Origin: Catajapyx aquilonaris
Taxonomy: Eukaryota
Length of the DNA stretch: 64,000 bases
NCBI GenBank assembly: GCA_000934665.2
Contig: KZ538022.1
Location: forward strand, 62,001 to 126,000
Reading direction: 5' to 3'
Shown piece after piece: positions 11,930-25,125 of this stretch. The notes under the pieces were generated by a model. The model made no database searches. It saw only the letters and a list, made by a program, of their open reading frames with translations, and had not been told where the DNA came from. The first letter of the stretch is position 1, and the number at the start of each line of letters is the position of its first letter. A program made the translations under genes and the position numbers.

Positions 11930-12135
11930 CTTCATGGTGATGGAGGCCCGTCTCTCCCCAATGGGCCCTGCCAGAGCGGCGTGTTTGTGCAGCAGTTCCT
12001 TCCGCCTGCTCCGTCGAACCATGAGAACCACTGCGGCTCCAAGAAGAACCGCGACCACCGCCAAAACCCCGGTGATGAGACCGATGTAGGCAGGGCTGGT
12101 CTCGCTGCTGGCTGTGGGCACGGGCACAAAAGGGT
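11930..12135 (-). CDS. Ddr: DDR exon, transmembrane helix
   Basis: Acceptor attccag|AC, donor AAG|gtttgt, 206 nt. Encodes DPFVPVPTASSETSPAYIGLITGVLAVVAVLLGAAVVLMVRRSRRKELLHKHAALAGPIGERRASITMK: a hydrophobic run of about 23 aa followed by the basic stop-transfer RRSRRK. Confidence 0.92.
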
Positions 12136-12187
12136 CTGGAATTTATTACTAATGAAGCAAGTGCCTTTTGGACCCTTTCTCTGTTAC

Positions 12188-12304
12188 CTTGGGTCAGCTC
12201 CTTGCGAGACCTAGTCGTGTCACCACCGGTCGAGCTCGGCTCAGGGTCATCCTGCTGGTAGTACAGGGTCAGAAGCTCCTCGGTCACATTGCCGTGAAAG
12301 GGCA
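12188..12304 (-). CDS. Ddr: DDR exon, extracellular juxtamembrane stalk
   Basis: Acceptor ctaaatag|TG, donor CAAG|gtaaca, 117 nt, phase 1-1. Encodes VPFHGNVTEELLTLYYQQDDPEPSSTGGDTTRSRKELTQ, including an N-glycosylation sequon (NVT). Confidence 0.85.
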
Positions 12305-13080
12305 CTATTTAGTAAAGAAAAAGAATAATTTAGTTAGTAATGCGCCATGTATGTGAGACATATGATACTACGTCCACATCAATTTTGTGGCAAGCACTCT
12401 CGTGATCTGCTAATGAAGAGTGAGTCGCGCATTGAAATGGCGAGCATATTTTTGGTGCTGACCTAGATCTGTCACCTTTCCGGCGCTTATTCCCCAAGAT
12501 GATTTAATATTCACCCGTGCACGCCATTAAAAATCCGGCGGGGTGTTATAAACTCCGGCCAATCAGGTAAATGGGTGTTTGCGGCTCCCAATTTAGGTCG
12601 TCAAGTGGGCCCATACGTCAAAGGCACCATCCAAAAAATGATGGGGCTTGTCACATCCCAAATTAAAGTCGTATTTCTCTCCCTGGAAACAAGGTCCGGA
12701 GAATAAGGTATGTGGAAAAAATGGCCTATTGTCCCCCCAACAGAACATGGAAGGTGTTGGTTCCCCCCCTTTTTTGTCGTACCATCTAGTAAGTAAGAAG
12801 TTGGGAGCCCCAGCAACATTAGACTCATAATCTGGCAGGGAAAAGCACCAAATGGAAGCGGCGTCTGGAGGAGGAAGAGGATTGATGGTTCCCGACGAGG
12901 TTCTCAAGCCTCCCCGCGCCATGACACGCCATTAATTTGCTCTTGATTTATCTTTTAATCTCAACTCGCAACTAAGCGGTTCGCTGTTCCGATGCAAACT
13001 CCGTCTCAACTTGCTGGAATTCCACACTCAAAAAATTGGACACTTATGCCACAATGTGACTGAAAAGCCAATGACGTCAC

Positions 13081-13176
13081 GACCATTTTGATGACGTACC
13101 CAGGGGTACCAGGTGGGGTGTACACTACAATTCGCTACACCTGGTACCCCTGGCCATCTTACGTCATAAAGATGGC
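13081..13176. repeat. Fold-back element, possibly a MITE remnant
   Basis: ccaggggtaccaggtg ... cacctggtacccctgg is a perfect inner stem. The outer ccattttgatgacgta ... tacgtcataaagatgg pairs imperfectly. Confidence 0.7.
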
Positions 13177-15709
13177 CAATATGTGAACCATGGAATCGGA
13201 AAACGGGCTATGTTACATCAAAATCTATGTCCCTTATCCGATACAGTTTTTTGGAGCGCAAATCCATTAGGTATGTCGGAGGAACAGGTCCTGCAATGCG
13301 TCAAAAATCTGGCTCCAGCATCCGGTTCCACCAGAACCGCATCTCATTGGCGGACATGAGGGGTTTGGGCCAGCATGGGAAAATGGCTCTGGAGGATTTT
13401 TGGCCCCATTCAGGTTGCTTTTCCCCGGGAGCTTATGCAAACCGCACGCTTATTTCACTCGGCAGCCTGCCTGCCTGCCTGGAGGGGAGAATGAATGCGG
13501 AAGTGGGGAGAGGAGAGGGAGGGAGGGAGGTCTCCCCACTCTTCCCACTCTTCCATTCCCCACTTTTGTCCTAAGGCATGTGCCCTGTGACAGTCCACGT
13601 CGTAAATCATGGAGATTTGTGGAGCTCACATTTGCATGCGCTTTTACAGGGTGGGGAGAGGCGGGGGAGTCCTACAAGTCTCCCCTCTCTCCTGCATGTT
13701 GCACTGTGTAAGCTTTAATTACTGCCCGTTGCCTACAAGCAGAGTGCAATGAATAATGAGTCTTCAGGCCGCATTTAAAATGCTCCACCGACTCTTCAAT
13801 TTTTTTAGAGTGTTCCAAAAGTACAGGGTGTTTCGTATATATTTATTAAATATATACACAGTTCCGAAGGAAGCGGCTGGATGGAGAAGTAATTCTGGAG
13901 GGCTGGGTATTCCCTGCGGTCCTCTTCCAGAAGATTATTGCTTGAGAAAGTGGCGATGGATGTGCGTGGTGCAAAACTGTTCTGCATTGCGGTACACGCA
14001 AGCAGGATCATGCCCCACAGAAAATGAGCCTTAGTTTAATGGGCCTTTCGTGAAGGAGGAAACTAAGAAACTATCACTCCTAATAGTGATTCCAGCTCCA
14101 ATTATTAAGATTGTGTGTTTGCTATAGTTCAGATCCTAAAGGTTGACTATATGACTTGGGAACATCACTTTCAAGATGACCAAACAGGCCGGGCTAACAA
14201 TAGCGCATTGTTCATTCCACGCAATGGCGGAGAGTGGGTCTAGGCCAATTTGGAGCTGCGGCGCAGGGATGATTAATGGCTGGAAGATTATCTGGACAAG
14301 AGCTACATCCGAGTCGGTTTTCTCCTCTGTGGATGCTAATGTTTTTGGGGGCTCGATTCCTCCACTTTGCTATCAAGATCATCCGTCTTGATTTTGCGAT
14401 GCTTTCGAATCTCTCTCTTCTTTTTTTTTTTAAAGCGAAAGAAGATGATGCTGGCCTCCTTAGCAAGTTATCAAGTCTGCTTATGAGCTGCCACGAAACA
14501 CAGCGTGACATGTTCGGCTCTCGGTTGGTGTTTTAACATAAAGGGCTTATGAATAATTCGCTCCTGCAGGGACCTTTTGCTGCGTTCGAAGCATGCATAA
14601 TGATGTCGAAATGCTCTCATGTGTTATCAGTTTTCTAAGTTGTGGATACAGCTGCTCCCTGCCAGGAACAATCTTTTCGAAACAGGTGATGAAATTGCCT
14701 ACAGAAAACTCTTAGGAAGGCATTCAAAGTGGTTGTCTATATTAGACGTTAAAATGTAATGATATAACACTACTGCGCACGATTCGATCTAAAGAACCTT
14801 TTAAAATTAACATCATACGGTTTTTAAAATAGCGTTTAAGTGAACTGTTGGGATTGACAATAATTTTTATTGATATTTTATTCACATTGTTACATTTGTT
14901 ATATATTTAGCATACTGCGATTATGCCATCGTAATGATGAATGCGATGCTATTTCACAGTAACTGCCTAGATAATTTATTTTAGGAGCAATGCAAGTATA
15001 TAGGCTTGAGAGTTATACTGCGAATTTATGCAAATTATGGACTCGACAAATATTTATGGTGCAGAATGACACTAATCATTCCCTCCACACAAACCCAGGG
15101 CGCGCAGGCAATAGCCGCTAATTTTGCCCGAGGTAGTGATGTTTCAATCGATTTCAGTACATTTGCTAAACGGTGAGATATGACAGGTAAAACATGATTC
15201 ACACTCACCAATAATTTCCATTTGTCCGATAGAAAATTCGAGTTTGAAAATTTAAGGCAATTAACTTAAAATGCATTCCAATTTCGGGCGCGAAGACAAT
15301 TACGCGTGTGCAAAATGAATGTTTCAGCAACAAGGAAGATACTCTTCTTTTTTTCGTCACTTATAATTAGAATCCAAGAGAGAGGCAAGATAGCGATCGG
15401 CGCGGTTGGGAAACTTACCTCAGCTGCTTACTCAATGCGGAGGCGAGATTAGTTATCGGAAGCGGCAGAGGAGAAAATTGCCTCTTCCTCATAAACTGAT
15501 TGAATCCCTTCTTAAATACTTCTCAAACAAAGTCTCATTTATCATTCCAGCCAATATATAAAGGCGTTCAAAATTCATAGTGTTTTTTCCTATTTTTTTT
15601 TCTCGAAGTCGCAAGCGCGATGACTTATTACAACCTTTCACCTTGCTACAGTGCTGATGACTTGTCCGAATTTTTTGGGGGTATGTAGTATAGGAAATGT
15701 GACTTTTAC

Positions 15710-15917
15710 CTGATTCGAAAGCCATCTCGCTGAGCATAAGCCATCTGTTGGCGTGGTTGAGTTGGATTCGTATGAAGCGACCCACACGGTTTCGAAGGGA
15801 CAGTGAGACGTTTCGAGCCACCTCGCTGACCAGGTCAACAGTCGGGGTCAGTCTGACAGGGGTCGACTGGTACCGCTCTCCTTCCATGCTAAAATACACC
15901 ATCACCGTCGAGAATAC
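15710..15917 (-). CDS. Ddr: DDR exon, end of the DS-like domain
   Basis: Acceptor tttttctccag|GTA, donor TCAG|gtaaaa, 208 nt. Encodes VFSTVMVYFSMEGERYQSTPVRLTPTVDLVSEVARNVSLSLRNRVGRFIRIQLNHANRWLMLSEMAFES. Confidence 0.93.
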
Positions 15918-15983
15918 CTGGAGAAAAAACACAAGATTTGTGATCAGGCAACGTTTGAACTCATAATCCAACAAAACACATAC

Positions 15984-16117
15984 CTGCACTCCCTTGGTGA
16001 ACATGTTGTTGCAATGTAGATGCAACGTGGTAAATTCGCGAACTCGATCGAACTCCACGGTTATTTCCACTGGCTGACCTTCCCGAGACGAATTCTGCCA
16101 TCCGACCCACCGGTCAC
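15984..16117 (-). CDS. Ddr: DDR exon, DS-like domain
   Basis: 134 nt, donor CAG|gtatgt. Encodes GDRWVGWQNSSREGQPVEITVEFDRVREFTTLHLHCNNMFTKGVQ (WVGW, FEFD-like and HCNNMF motifs). The acceptor (aaattgaag) is weak, but it is the only in-frame AG. Confidence 0.9.
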
Positions 16118-16182
16118 CTTCAATTTTATCCAAAAATTGTCATCTACTGTCAAAAATTTGACTTGCAGCATGACTTAATCAC

Positions 16183-16362
16183 CTTTAACGAGACCTTTTG
16201 GGTCCGTCCTGAAGTCGTCCTCTCCGTACTGGTTGTCCGTAAGCTGACCCAGACCACCGAAGATTCGACCACCGTCCACCACACCATCGTACGTCTTGTC
16301 CTCCAAGTTCACGTCGGGGTCACGAATCTCACCAATAGGGGCAGAGTAGCTCAATATTCCTT
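16183..16362 (-). CDS. Ddr: DDR exon, start of the DS-like domain (correct frame absent from the ORF track)
   Basis: Acceptor tttttccag|AA, donor AAAG|gtgatt, 180 nt. Encodes EGILSYSAPIGEIRDPDVNLEDKTYDGVVDGGRIFGGLGQLTDNQYGEDDFRTDPKGLVK, with the YDG and GGLGQLTD motifs. Confidence 0.93.
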
Positions 16363-18444
16363 CTGGAAAAAGCAGATAAAACGGACCGCTTCTTCACTTG
16401 GTCGGTACAAACGAAAACAAATAAATTACAGGCGATGTACACTAAGTGTATTGATTTCAGATCGAATTGCTGGCGGGCAATTTTAAGTCTAAACAATGGC
16501 ACTATGTGGATACGAATTTTTAAAGTCGGTTTTACTTTCTACCGGACAATTAAATAGTTAATATATAATTTTAAAAGTACTACTCATGGTGTTTGACCGA
16601 GTCCTCTGATTGGTTCGCCTCATATTGTTACCGCGACGCTTCCTATTGGCCTGCGTTCTCCGCATGCGCAGTGTAGGGAGCGCCTCTTGTGGGTGGGAAG
16701 ATGAACCTTCCATTCGACCGCTGTCAGCCAGATGGTCTAATTCGCCCTCTCCCCACCCTCGCACCTTGTAATAATGTAAATAATTAAATCCAGTCATCGT
16801 AAGAAAAAAAAAGCATACCCTTTTGGAAGTCGAGCCAACTACACGGCGCGTATAATACTAGACAATGTTTCTGAATAAATCCGGCGTTTAAAGTATTAAA
16901 GAGAGTCCGGCACTCGCCATGCAATATAACTGAAGGCAAAATGATTTAGAGCGTGTGTCCCGTAAATTGAAGCCGCGCTATGCCGAGCAAAGCCTTGGAT
17001 GTGAATTATGCCGCGGTTAAGACGCGCTGGTTAGCTCGGGGAGACTGGAGTATTTCGCCTGGTTAAACACAACTCGAGAGACAGTCTCTCTCTCTCTCTC
17101 GGACATGGGCTGCGAGACTTATCTAAAAAGCTCCTAGGGCTGTTCCGGAGGCCTCCCAAAATGAATTCATACAGACACGTAGTGTCGCCCAAAAGCATTG
17201 ATTTTGGGGGCTGCACTGTAGATCGGAGGAAGTGGAAACCCGGAAATGTACTGTAAGCTTGAAACAACTGGACTGGCCCTGCGGTTAAATAGTTGTCCGG
17301 CCGTATCTGGACAGTGCCCAGGCCCTTTTTCTCTTTCACCGCTACGGTCCACATTGTGCAGGAACCCCAAATAATATCAGTGGCTAGAAAACACTCGTAT
17401 CTCATATAGCGTGTGGTCGGAATTATTTTAAGCCAGGAAAGTAACGGTCATGTAAATGTACAGTACTCAGTGTGCGGTACAGTAATTTCTAGTGTCCCAA
17501 CAGACGTGGCGTCCCCATCATGGGCATTGCACGGAAGCTGGATAATTATAGGGATTTGCATGTCTTATGCGCGAAACGTTTCAAGAGAAATGAATACGAG
17601 TGCAGTCAGCATGATCTCACTTATTATGCCTCGGTTATTACATTTGCTAATTTGATTTTAAATTTTGATGCGATCAAAATTAACGGTGGCGATCAGAGAT
17701 AACGAACTTTGCTAACGTTGACTATAGCAGCTGTGAACTGTATAGTTTTTTAAATAAAAAAATTCGTAACATGCAGTCATATTCCGGCGTTAAATTTGTC
17801 CGATATTGCGGTGTGGTACAGGACACCGAAACTATAGTTCAATTGCGCAACTCTGAATAGTTTCACCCAGCCGGGGTTAACAACCTGAACTGTGCACAAA
17901 ACCTCAGGTATTTAACACTGATTAAAGGAAGCTTCCTGGGCAGAAGATAATTACGTACACTATTAATAAAATGCAGCCTAAAACACTTTCATTGCCTAGG
18001 TTAAATCCTTGCGAAATTTTGGATCAAAACTTCTTCAAAGTGTATTACAGCTGAACTAGGTCACATTATGACCTAGTTCGGTGACCATCCAGCCTGCCCT
18101 CCAGGCTGTTCATCAAGTAGACGGACCCCCCTCCTGGAATGGTCGCATTATTTTTCTTGCCAGCGACTCCTGGAGGTGATGCTGGAGCAAAAAGGAGCCC
18201 CTCCTTCCTCCTCCTCCCTCCTCCTCTCCAGCATCCATGGACCAGGAGCCATAAACCTTTATTTCTCCTCTCCTTTTCGACCGACTTGGCGCTCCACTCG
18301 TAAAACACGCCAAACGGCGCCATCAACTTCTTTACGGTGCACTTGATCCTTACTTTGAAAGCACGGCATTAGCTGATGGAGCTTAATTGCACACGCACCG
18401 TTGTCCGGATAAGCTTTTTTCCAGTAGCAATTTTTTCCCTTCAT

Positions 18445-18815
18445 CTGTACTGTACGTATACACTCCCAATCAATATCAACGTAAATCAGCTACGAATTTT
18501 CTGCAATATATGCGAGTGAAATTTTTGAAACCATGTTTGTGCCATTTTTTCACCTAATTTCGTGCCCATTTCGTAGAGACGCATTTTTTTGTTTCCTTAT
18601 GTGCACGTGGAGTGCAATTATTTTCTGAACGAGTACCACATTTTTTTTCTTTGAGCTGTACTGTACGTACACTCCCAATCAATATCAACATAAATGACCA
18701 AAGAATTTTCTGCAATTTATTTGAGTGCAAATTTTGTATCCATTGTCATCCATTTCGTACTCATATTTTGTTTCCTTATATGTGCATGTGGAGTGCAGTT
18801 ATTTTCTGAACGAGT
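18445..18815. repeat. Diverged direct tandem duplication, two copies of about 160-190 bp
   Basis: Copies start at 18445 and 18656 with ctgtactgtacgta(ta)cactcccaatcaatatcaac and both end with gtggagtgca(a/g)ttattttctgaacgagt. Confidence 0.85.
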
Positions 18816-21800
18816 GCTGGAGCGTTGAAATTACTGCTGCTTCATAAATCCGGTGCATTTCCATCGGCGTAATGGGCCAATTGGAAACCCCCACCTGGAA
18901 AACGAGCTGTTGTGCGCTCCAGCCAATGGTGTACACGTGCCCAACCAACATCAACCCCTGGTTTCGAGATGAGTTTTCTCCTCCAGCTTCCTAAAAGCAA
19001 GTAGCTTGCAACAGCCACCACCACCCCCGCGCCCAGGCTGTGATTTATGCACGCGCCCACCCAAATTACATCACCCGGGCCCTTCTGTAACTCCACTAAA
19101 TTACTGGGAGGGCCAAGGGTCACAGCTGGAGACATACGAAACCCTTGTTGATTAAAATTTAACATGCTGTGGGGGGAAGGATTATAACGATGAATGTTCA
19201 GGCGACGACGACGACGGAATTATGTTCCGGGTACCAAAACTTTACTTCCTGTTTCTCCATCCAGACAAATAAGACGTCATGGCAGTAGGCTTGGGACCCG
19301 GATTTCTCAAGACTATTTTTAAATATAGAGAAACTGCTAATCGACCTGGCTATCTTGGGGGCAGTCTCTAGAGTCACGTTAGGCTATAACCCGAAGCTTC
19401 TTTCCGATAATATGTTGAAGGGGAAGAAGCGTGAAAAATCCTGGAGAAGGAGAAATGAGGAATCAGAGCGAAGAAAAATGGGCTTGTGTCCAAGGGCTCG
19501 GTTTTCTTGCAGAGCCTTGATGACTGCCCTGCTCCCGAGGGATTCACTGCGGTGGCACGCACGCCCGGAACACAATTCCCGGATCGTTTCCAGGGGAATC
19601 CCACACAGAACAGGAACCTCCCCAAAAAAGAGGAAAAGAAAAGGCAGAGCTTCAACGTCCACAAATGCTTCAAAAAAAAAACACTAATGATCCTGCCTGT
19701 TACCTACAGATGAAATGTCCAGTCCGAATTTTTCGCGAATTTTCCTCCAAGAGTTGCGGCTTTACCTGCCCGGAAATGGCATGCAGATTGGATTATCGTC
19801 GCATCGGTGCTGTCATTACACGTATGGCGTAATGGCGTGAAATTGATGGGCTGTGTGAATGAAGGATAAGGACAATAGAACCTGGGGCCCCCGGATTCTG
19901 AGGCCGGTTCGATCCTTGTTCGATTTTACAGCTCGTTATGGGCTATTCGTCAAGAGCCAACAGAATATAGGCAATTAGCGTGTAATGAACCGCGCCAGAT
20001 ATTAATGTCAAAGAAATTATGCACGTTCCTCCCGCTCGCAAGCCTACAGATAAAACACAAACCGCAACTTTACAGTCTAGTTAATTATCCTGGCTATATA
20101 CACTTGCCAAACACATTAATCATTCTCCCTCCTTAACTCCGGAGACTCATTTTCTTTTAAAACCCCGCTTCTGACTAATAATGGCGCAGCACAATTAGAC
20201 TTAAAGCATGACGCCGAAAGCAAGCAAGGTATTACCTCTTTGGGAAGCAGAAAAATAATAAAAGGAAGAGACGGCCCACCCCCAGCAAGCCTTGATACCC
20301 TAGCAACAAAGTCGAGGATTATCTGGGGAAAACCAAGCTACTCAGTTTGACAAATGGCCCGGCGGGTTGAATCACGACGGCGCATCTGGCACGCGTCACC
20401 TGGCCGACGATGCCCTTTGGCTAAACACAAGCACCCAACCCCAGTGTTAACAAAAGAGAAAAAAAGCCCCGGCTTCTCTCTTTTTCCCCCCTGGTTTCTA
20501 GGGACTCATGGTGGCTTCACAGTTGACCCCGAAGGCTTGATGATGATGATGATGCCCCCTTTTTAGGCACAAAAGGCGGAAACAAAGAGGCAGAAAGCGA
20601 GCCCACAGGACCCGTGCATCGTCAGCATGTTTTCAAACCATGAGTCGTACAATATTTTAAAGGCACATCTGTCGAAATCACCAAAAATTCGTCTAAATTC
20701 ATCTAAATGTTGGTATTTCCAGATTGGCATCTTATGAATTACCAGGTTGCCATGAAAAGCGGGACGAAAATTCGACACAAAATTACTCCAGTTAATTTTG
20801 CCTATTTTGGCTTCACTGTGGCGATAATGTTTAGTTTTCGCAATTCACACTCATCCTGCAAGCCAAGCAACCTGTCAAACATCTCCGCTATACGGGTCGC
20901 CTGCCTCGCAGGATGAGCCCTATCAAAGTATCAAGCCAAGTTGCCATGTTGTGATAGGGGCTGAAACTCAACTGTTAAAACCACAGTTACAGTTCCATTT
21001 AATCTTGGATGGCTCCCAGAGAGATGCGTGTAGTCTCCGGCGCCAATAGCACGTGCAAACGGATGCTCCGCAATTATTAGCTATTACATCGGGGACCTGC
21101 AGCGATTGCATCTTTTATGAGCATCCACCCCACCCACCCACCCCCACCTCACTACTTCACGCGGCTCGCATTACTCTTGCCATGAATTATGAAGCCGGTT
21201 CCGGAGCACCACACCGGTCCTCATTATGTATGGAAATACACAACCGGATACATTAGTAGAAATTAAATCGTGGCAAGCCGGCCCCGCAGATAAATGGACC
21301 TCCGTACGTTATTATAATTAGTCGCGTAGATGGCCGTGTATATACAAGCGACTATTCGTAACTATCGGGATACTATACGTGGAGTACATCTTCCTGGCAG
21401 ACTGGAAAGGTGTATAAGCGAGCAGCCTGGGATTAATTTTAACTCCAGCTTTGAATCCTCCTGATCCTTTTCCTCCTCCCCTCCTCCCTTTCACGTAGAT
21501 GAGAGTGCAATACCCCTACCCCTCAGGGCTGCTTATTATTTCAAAACTTGGTAATGCCTTCTTGCCAAACCCTCCAGTCCGTAACACCCCTTCGCACCAC
21601 GTGCTGCACAAAACCCTCCCTTATATCCCACCGGCTCTATCTCCTCTTTTTTTAGTGTCTGCTGGGTAGGGGAAGCCAGGCAAAATCGAAAGTCAATATC
21701 ATATTTTTTTATACAGTATATCACAATATAAGAATATCAGGCAAGAAATGGCCTTTGGAGACGTCATTTTGAATGGTCAGCTAACAATAAAACTGATACC

Positions 21801-22254
21801 AAAAATATTTAGGACTATACGAAAAAAGATGTTACACTAATACCTTGATGGTATCACACTGTACAGCGTGGTTTAAACGCTGGATATAAAATATTCACTA
21901 ATCAAATTTTAGTGGTTACTGTCTGAAAGAATGAGGCTAATACATTATTATGATAATGACCACTGTACGCAACCAGCATTGAATGATTTACTGTAGGGCC
22001 TAATGGAAATTACATCATTGTATGCAAATTGCATCTGATGAAGCGCCTGTCCTTTTGGCATTGACATTAATCACTTCAAACAATCGCCTTCTTTCGAAAC
22101 AGTAAATGGCCTATAAGTCGAAGTCTTCTCATTATTTTGTATTCAATAAATATAAAATAAAATAACATAAATGAATGCATTTAATGCACAGTAATACTTG
22201 CATATACTGCAATGCATACAGTATAATCAATATAAAATAAGTGCATAAGAGCGA

Positions 22255-22430
22255 AATGCACATTAATATGAAATAAGTGTATTATAATGAAACAAGTGCG
22301 TATACAGTAATAATGCATTATAATGAAACAAGTGCGTATACAGTAATAATGCATAGTTATAATGAAACAAGTGCGTATAAAAATGCACTATAATGAAACA
22401 AGTGCATATAATAAATGCATTATAACATAT
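22255..22430. repeat. AT-rich minisatellite, unit about 30-39 bp
   Basis: Repeated ataatgaaacaagtgcgtata(cagtaataatgcat). Confidence 0.85.
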
Positions 22431-23107
22431 AAAAATGCCGATTAATGTAAAATGTCATAATATTGGCAGGGGAATGGCCAAATTAACATCTGCAAATTGC
22501 GAGTATTAGACATTTTCGCAATTTTGCGCTTGCGAAATCAACCTTGCCAGAGGGCGTTGCAAACGAGGTCGTGTCACCGCAGTTACCTCCATTTTAAATA
22601 TATTATAACCAGCTCTATCCGGGTCTGGGGACAGGTTTGCACTAGTGTTATCAATTTTGCAATAGTGCAGTCTATTTGAACCTGGTGATGGGGGTTAATT
22701 TGTTTGCGGATAAAACGCAGCTGATGCCCTCCCCTCCCCTCTCAGTGCAGCTTGTTGGCTTTTTACGCAATTCTTCCGCTACGACTAACTCGGCTGTAAA
22801 GCAAATAGGCCCGGCGTTTTATCATATCCGAGTAGTTGGTCGGAAAACAGCGTGTCGTGCGGTATGGGACCATTCGAAATGGCGAGAGAGTTTCAACATA
22901 TTACCCATTCGCTGATCCTCTCTGATTAAATTATTCCCTCTTTTTCACCTTTCCTATGGTAGCATCACATATGCGGGGGAAGCTTTTAATCGGGGAGAGT
23001 TTTCTCCCCCTTTTCTGCCAACATTTCTATTTGATTATGAAAAAGAGGGCCGTTTGTCCCCCCTCTCCCGAATTCGCTAATTTTTTTTTATTCAGTGTTT
23101 GGCTTAC

Positions 23108-23255
23108 CTTCCCACGCACAACCGTAGACTTCGACCCTCATGCATATGGTGCGAGGGTGCACCGAATATGGCACGAACCGCACCCGACTGGCCACAATCG
23201 GAGGATCCAGCATCTGGTTCACTCCCAGGTAAGTGTTGGAGTTGCCTTGCAGCAC
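23108..23255 (-). CDS. Ddr: DDR exon, C-terminal part of the discoidin domain (correct frame absent from the ORF track)
   Basis: Acceptor ttcag|GTG, donor GAAG|gtaag, 148 nt. Encodes VLQGNSNTYLGVNQMLDPPIVASRVRFVPYSVHPRTICMRVEVYGCAWE, ending in the typical CMRVExYGC motif. Confidence 0.95.
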
Positions 23256-23909
23256 CTGAAATGGGACAAGACACGCCTTATTATTCTAATTTGCATCAGC
23301 AACGAGCCACACCTTTCATCGAAAAGTGTCAGTTTCTAATGACTCAGGAATTGATCAAAACAATGTTCAGATTGGTAACCCATGTTTCCAGCAGCAATTC
23401 ATACGCATGTGTTGCAATTTTTTTTAAACAGGTTGTCATAATTAGTTTGCAGGCATATTGCCGACGCCCTTTCCAATCAAAACCGGGCCATTTGTCCACC
23501 AGAGCTGAAAAACTTTTGCATGCAGATATGCGTATTTAATTAATGTCGACACGTGGAGCTGTTTGAACTGCAGCCATGTCCGCTGTTGTGAACCTGTTGT
23601 GCGACTATCCCTTTTAATAGCCTTTATCGCCGGATAATTATACGGGCATTATCGCCTACAAAACGTGCACATTTGGTTGCAAGCTGTGGAGAGAAAAAAT
23701 TAGAATATGCCACGAAAAAAATGTCGAAAATTTCCTTATTGATCCCCTTGTTCGAATCCAGTTCTCTCCCCAGGATAAATTGGATCTCCAATTGTTTCCA
23801 GTTTAATTACAAGGGGGGCCAAAATGCCAAGACTTCCATCCGATGGCCTGGGGACATCATTCCAGCAGCTTCCCCACGCTGCTTACCCTATGAAACAATC
23901 TATATCCTA

Positions 23910-23981
23910 CAGGGTGCTTCGTAACAAGGCCTGGTTAGCTTCCAGAATGAACATATTATTTCTCAATTATTAAACACCTTG
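23910..23981. mobile_element. Short TA-flanked Tc1/mariner-type MITE remnant
   Basis: ta|cagggtgctt ... aaacaccttg|ta: short degenerate TIRs with TA on both sides. Confidence 0.45.
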
Positions 23982-25125
23982 TAACGTAGGATCTGGTCTC
24001 CCTCTATGTCATTTCTTTTCCATTTGACTCGCGGTTTTTGCATCTGACACTTCCAGCATGTCGGTCCTTGTAATTATTTCCGATAACCTTTTTTCCCCTA
24101 GCCATATTGGCCCTGAGGGAAACATGTCCCCCCTCTTTTCTAATCAGAACCTTTCCCACTTGTACGTCTGCGCATAGTGTCAACAGGCCCGAGAATTACA
24201 ATATTGTAATTCCCATTTGAAGCAATAAGCTTCTCCGCCTCATTAGTGGCTTCTTACAAGTTTGAGCACCATTCAAACAGGCAGGTAAATCGCACTGAAA
24301 GCATTCCGTTAATAAACTTATGCCGCCCGTTACATTTTTCCCTGCGTTTCCCTCCCGTGTAATTGAAGCAAAGTTGAGGATTTCCCCAAGATTTCCATTT
24401 CAGTGCGGGAGGGCTTGTGATCAATGCGTGCACTTTGATGCGAAGAGTGAAAGCCGATTAAGCAGGCTGTAAAGCAAACTTTGGGAACCGGCATCGGGCC
24501 ATGTTTATTCTCTTTTCCCCAATTTCCAGAGAGAGAGAGAGAGAGAGAAAAAAAAAACTGTGGAGGGAAAATTAATTTACGGAACTGCATTTACGGGTAC
24601 CGAGTCTCGGATTTCTAGAGGGACTGAACCATTTTCCTCTTCTCACAAGAAGGTAAGATTACAGAAACGGTTCGGAATTGGAAATCGATTCTCGCTTGCT
24701 TTCCCCCCCTTTCCTCAACCCCCCTCAAAAAGCTTCTTTTCTCTCTTTTCTTTCGTTTTTCGCCTCAAAAGGTGCGGACAGGTTTGGCAGGTCTCGGCCT
24801 CAGTCTTAAGGGAGAAGGAGGGGGTGGAGGAGTGTGAGAGAGAAGAAGAAAAAAGTGTTCTCCGAAGGGTTGAAATAAGACTCGGAAATTGGGTACTGAG
24901 CACCAATATCCCGGTTCAAGATGTACGAGGGGAGGGAAGAGTGTTTGAGAGAAGATCGAAGCAATTGGCTTCTCAGAGCCTGTTGCTTGGCTGAGGGAAG
25001 AACAGGAGATTTGAGATGATGGTTTATGTTGGCCTAACTTCTCTATACAGTATATAGTGAGTATACTATAAAAGGAAAATTCCTTCAGAGATATCTGTCT
25101 GAAGAAGTGGGCGGAGTTAAAAGAA

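Noticed and set aside
15489..15709. Read-through tail suggesting a secreted ectodomain isoform
   Set aside because: A strong donor sits at 15710, the tail is low-complexity intron-like sequence, and there is no nearby polyadenylation evidence.
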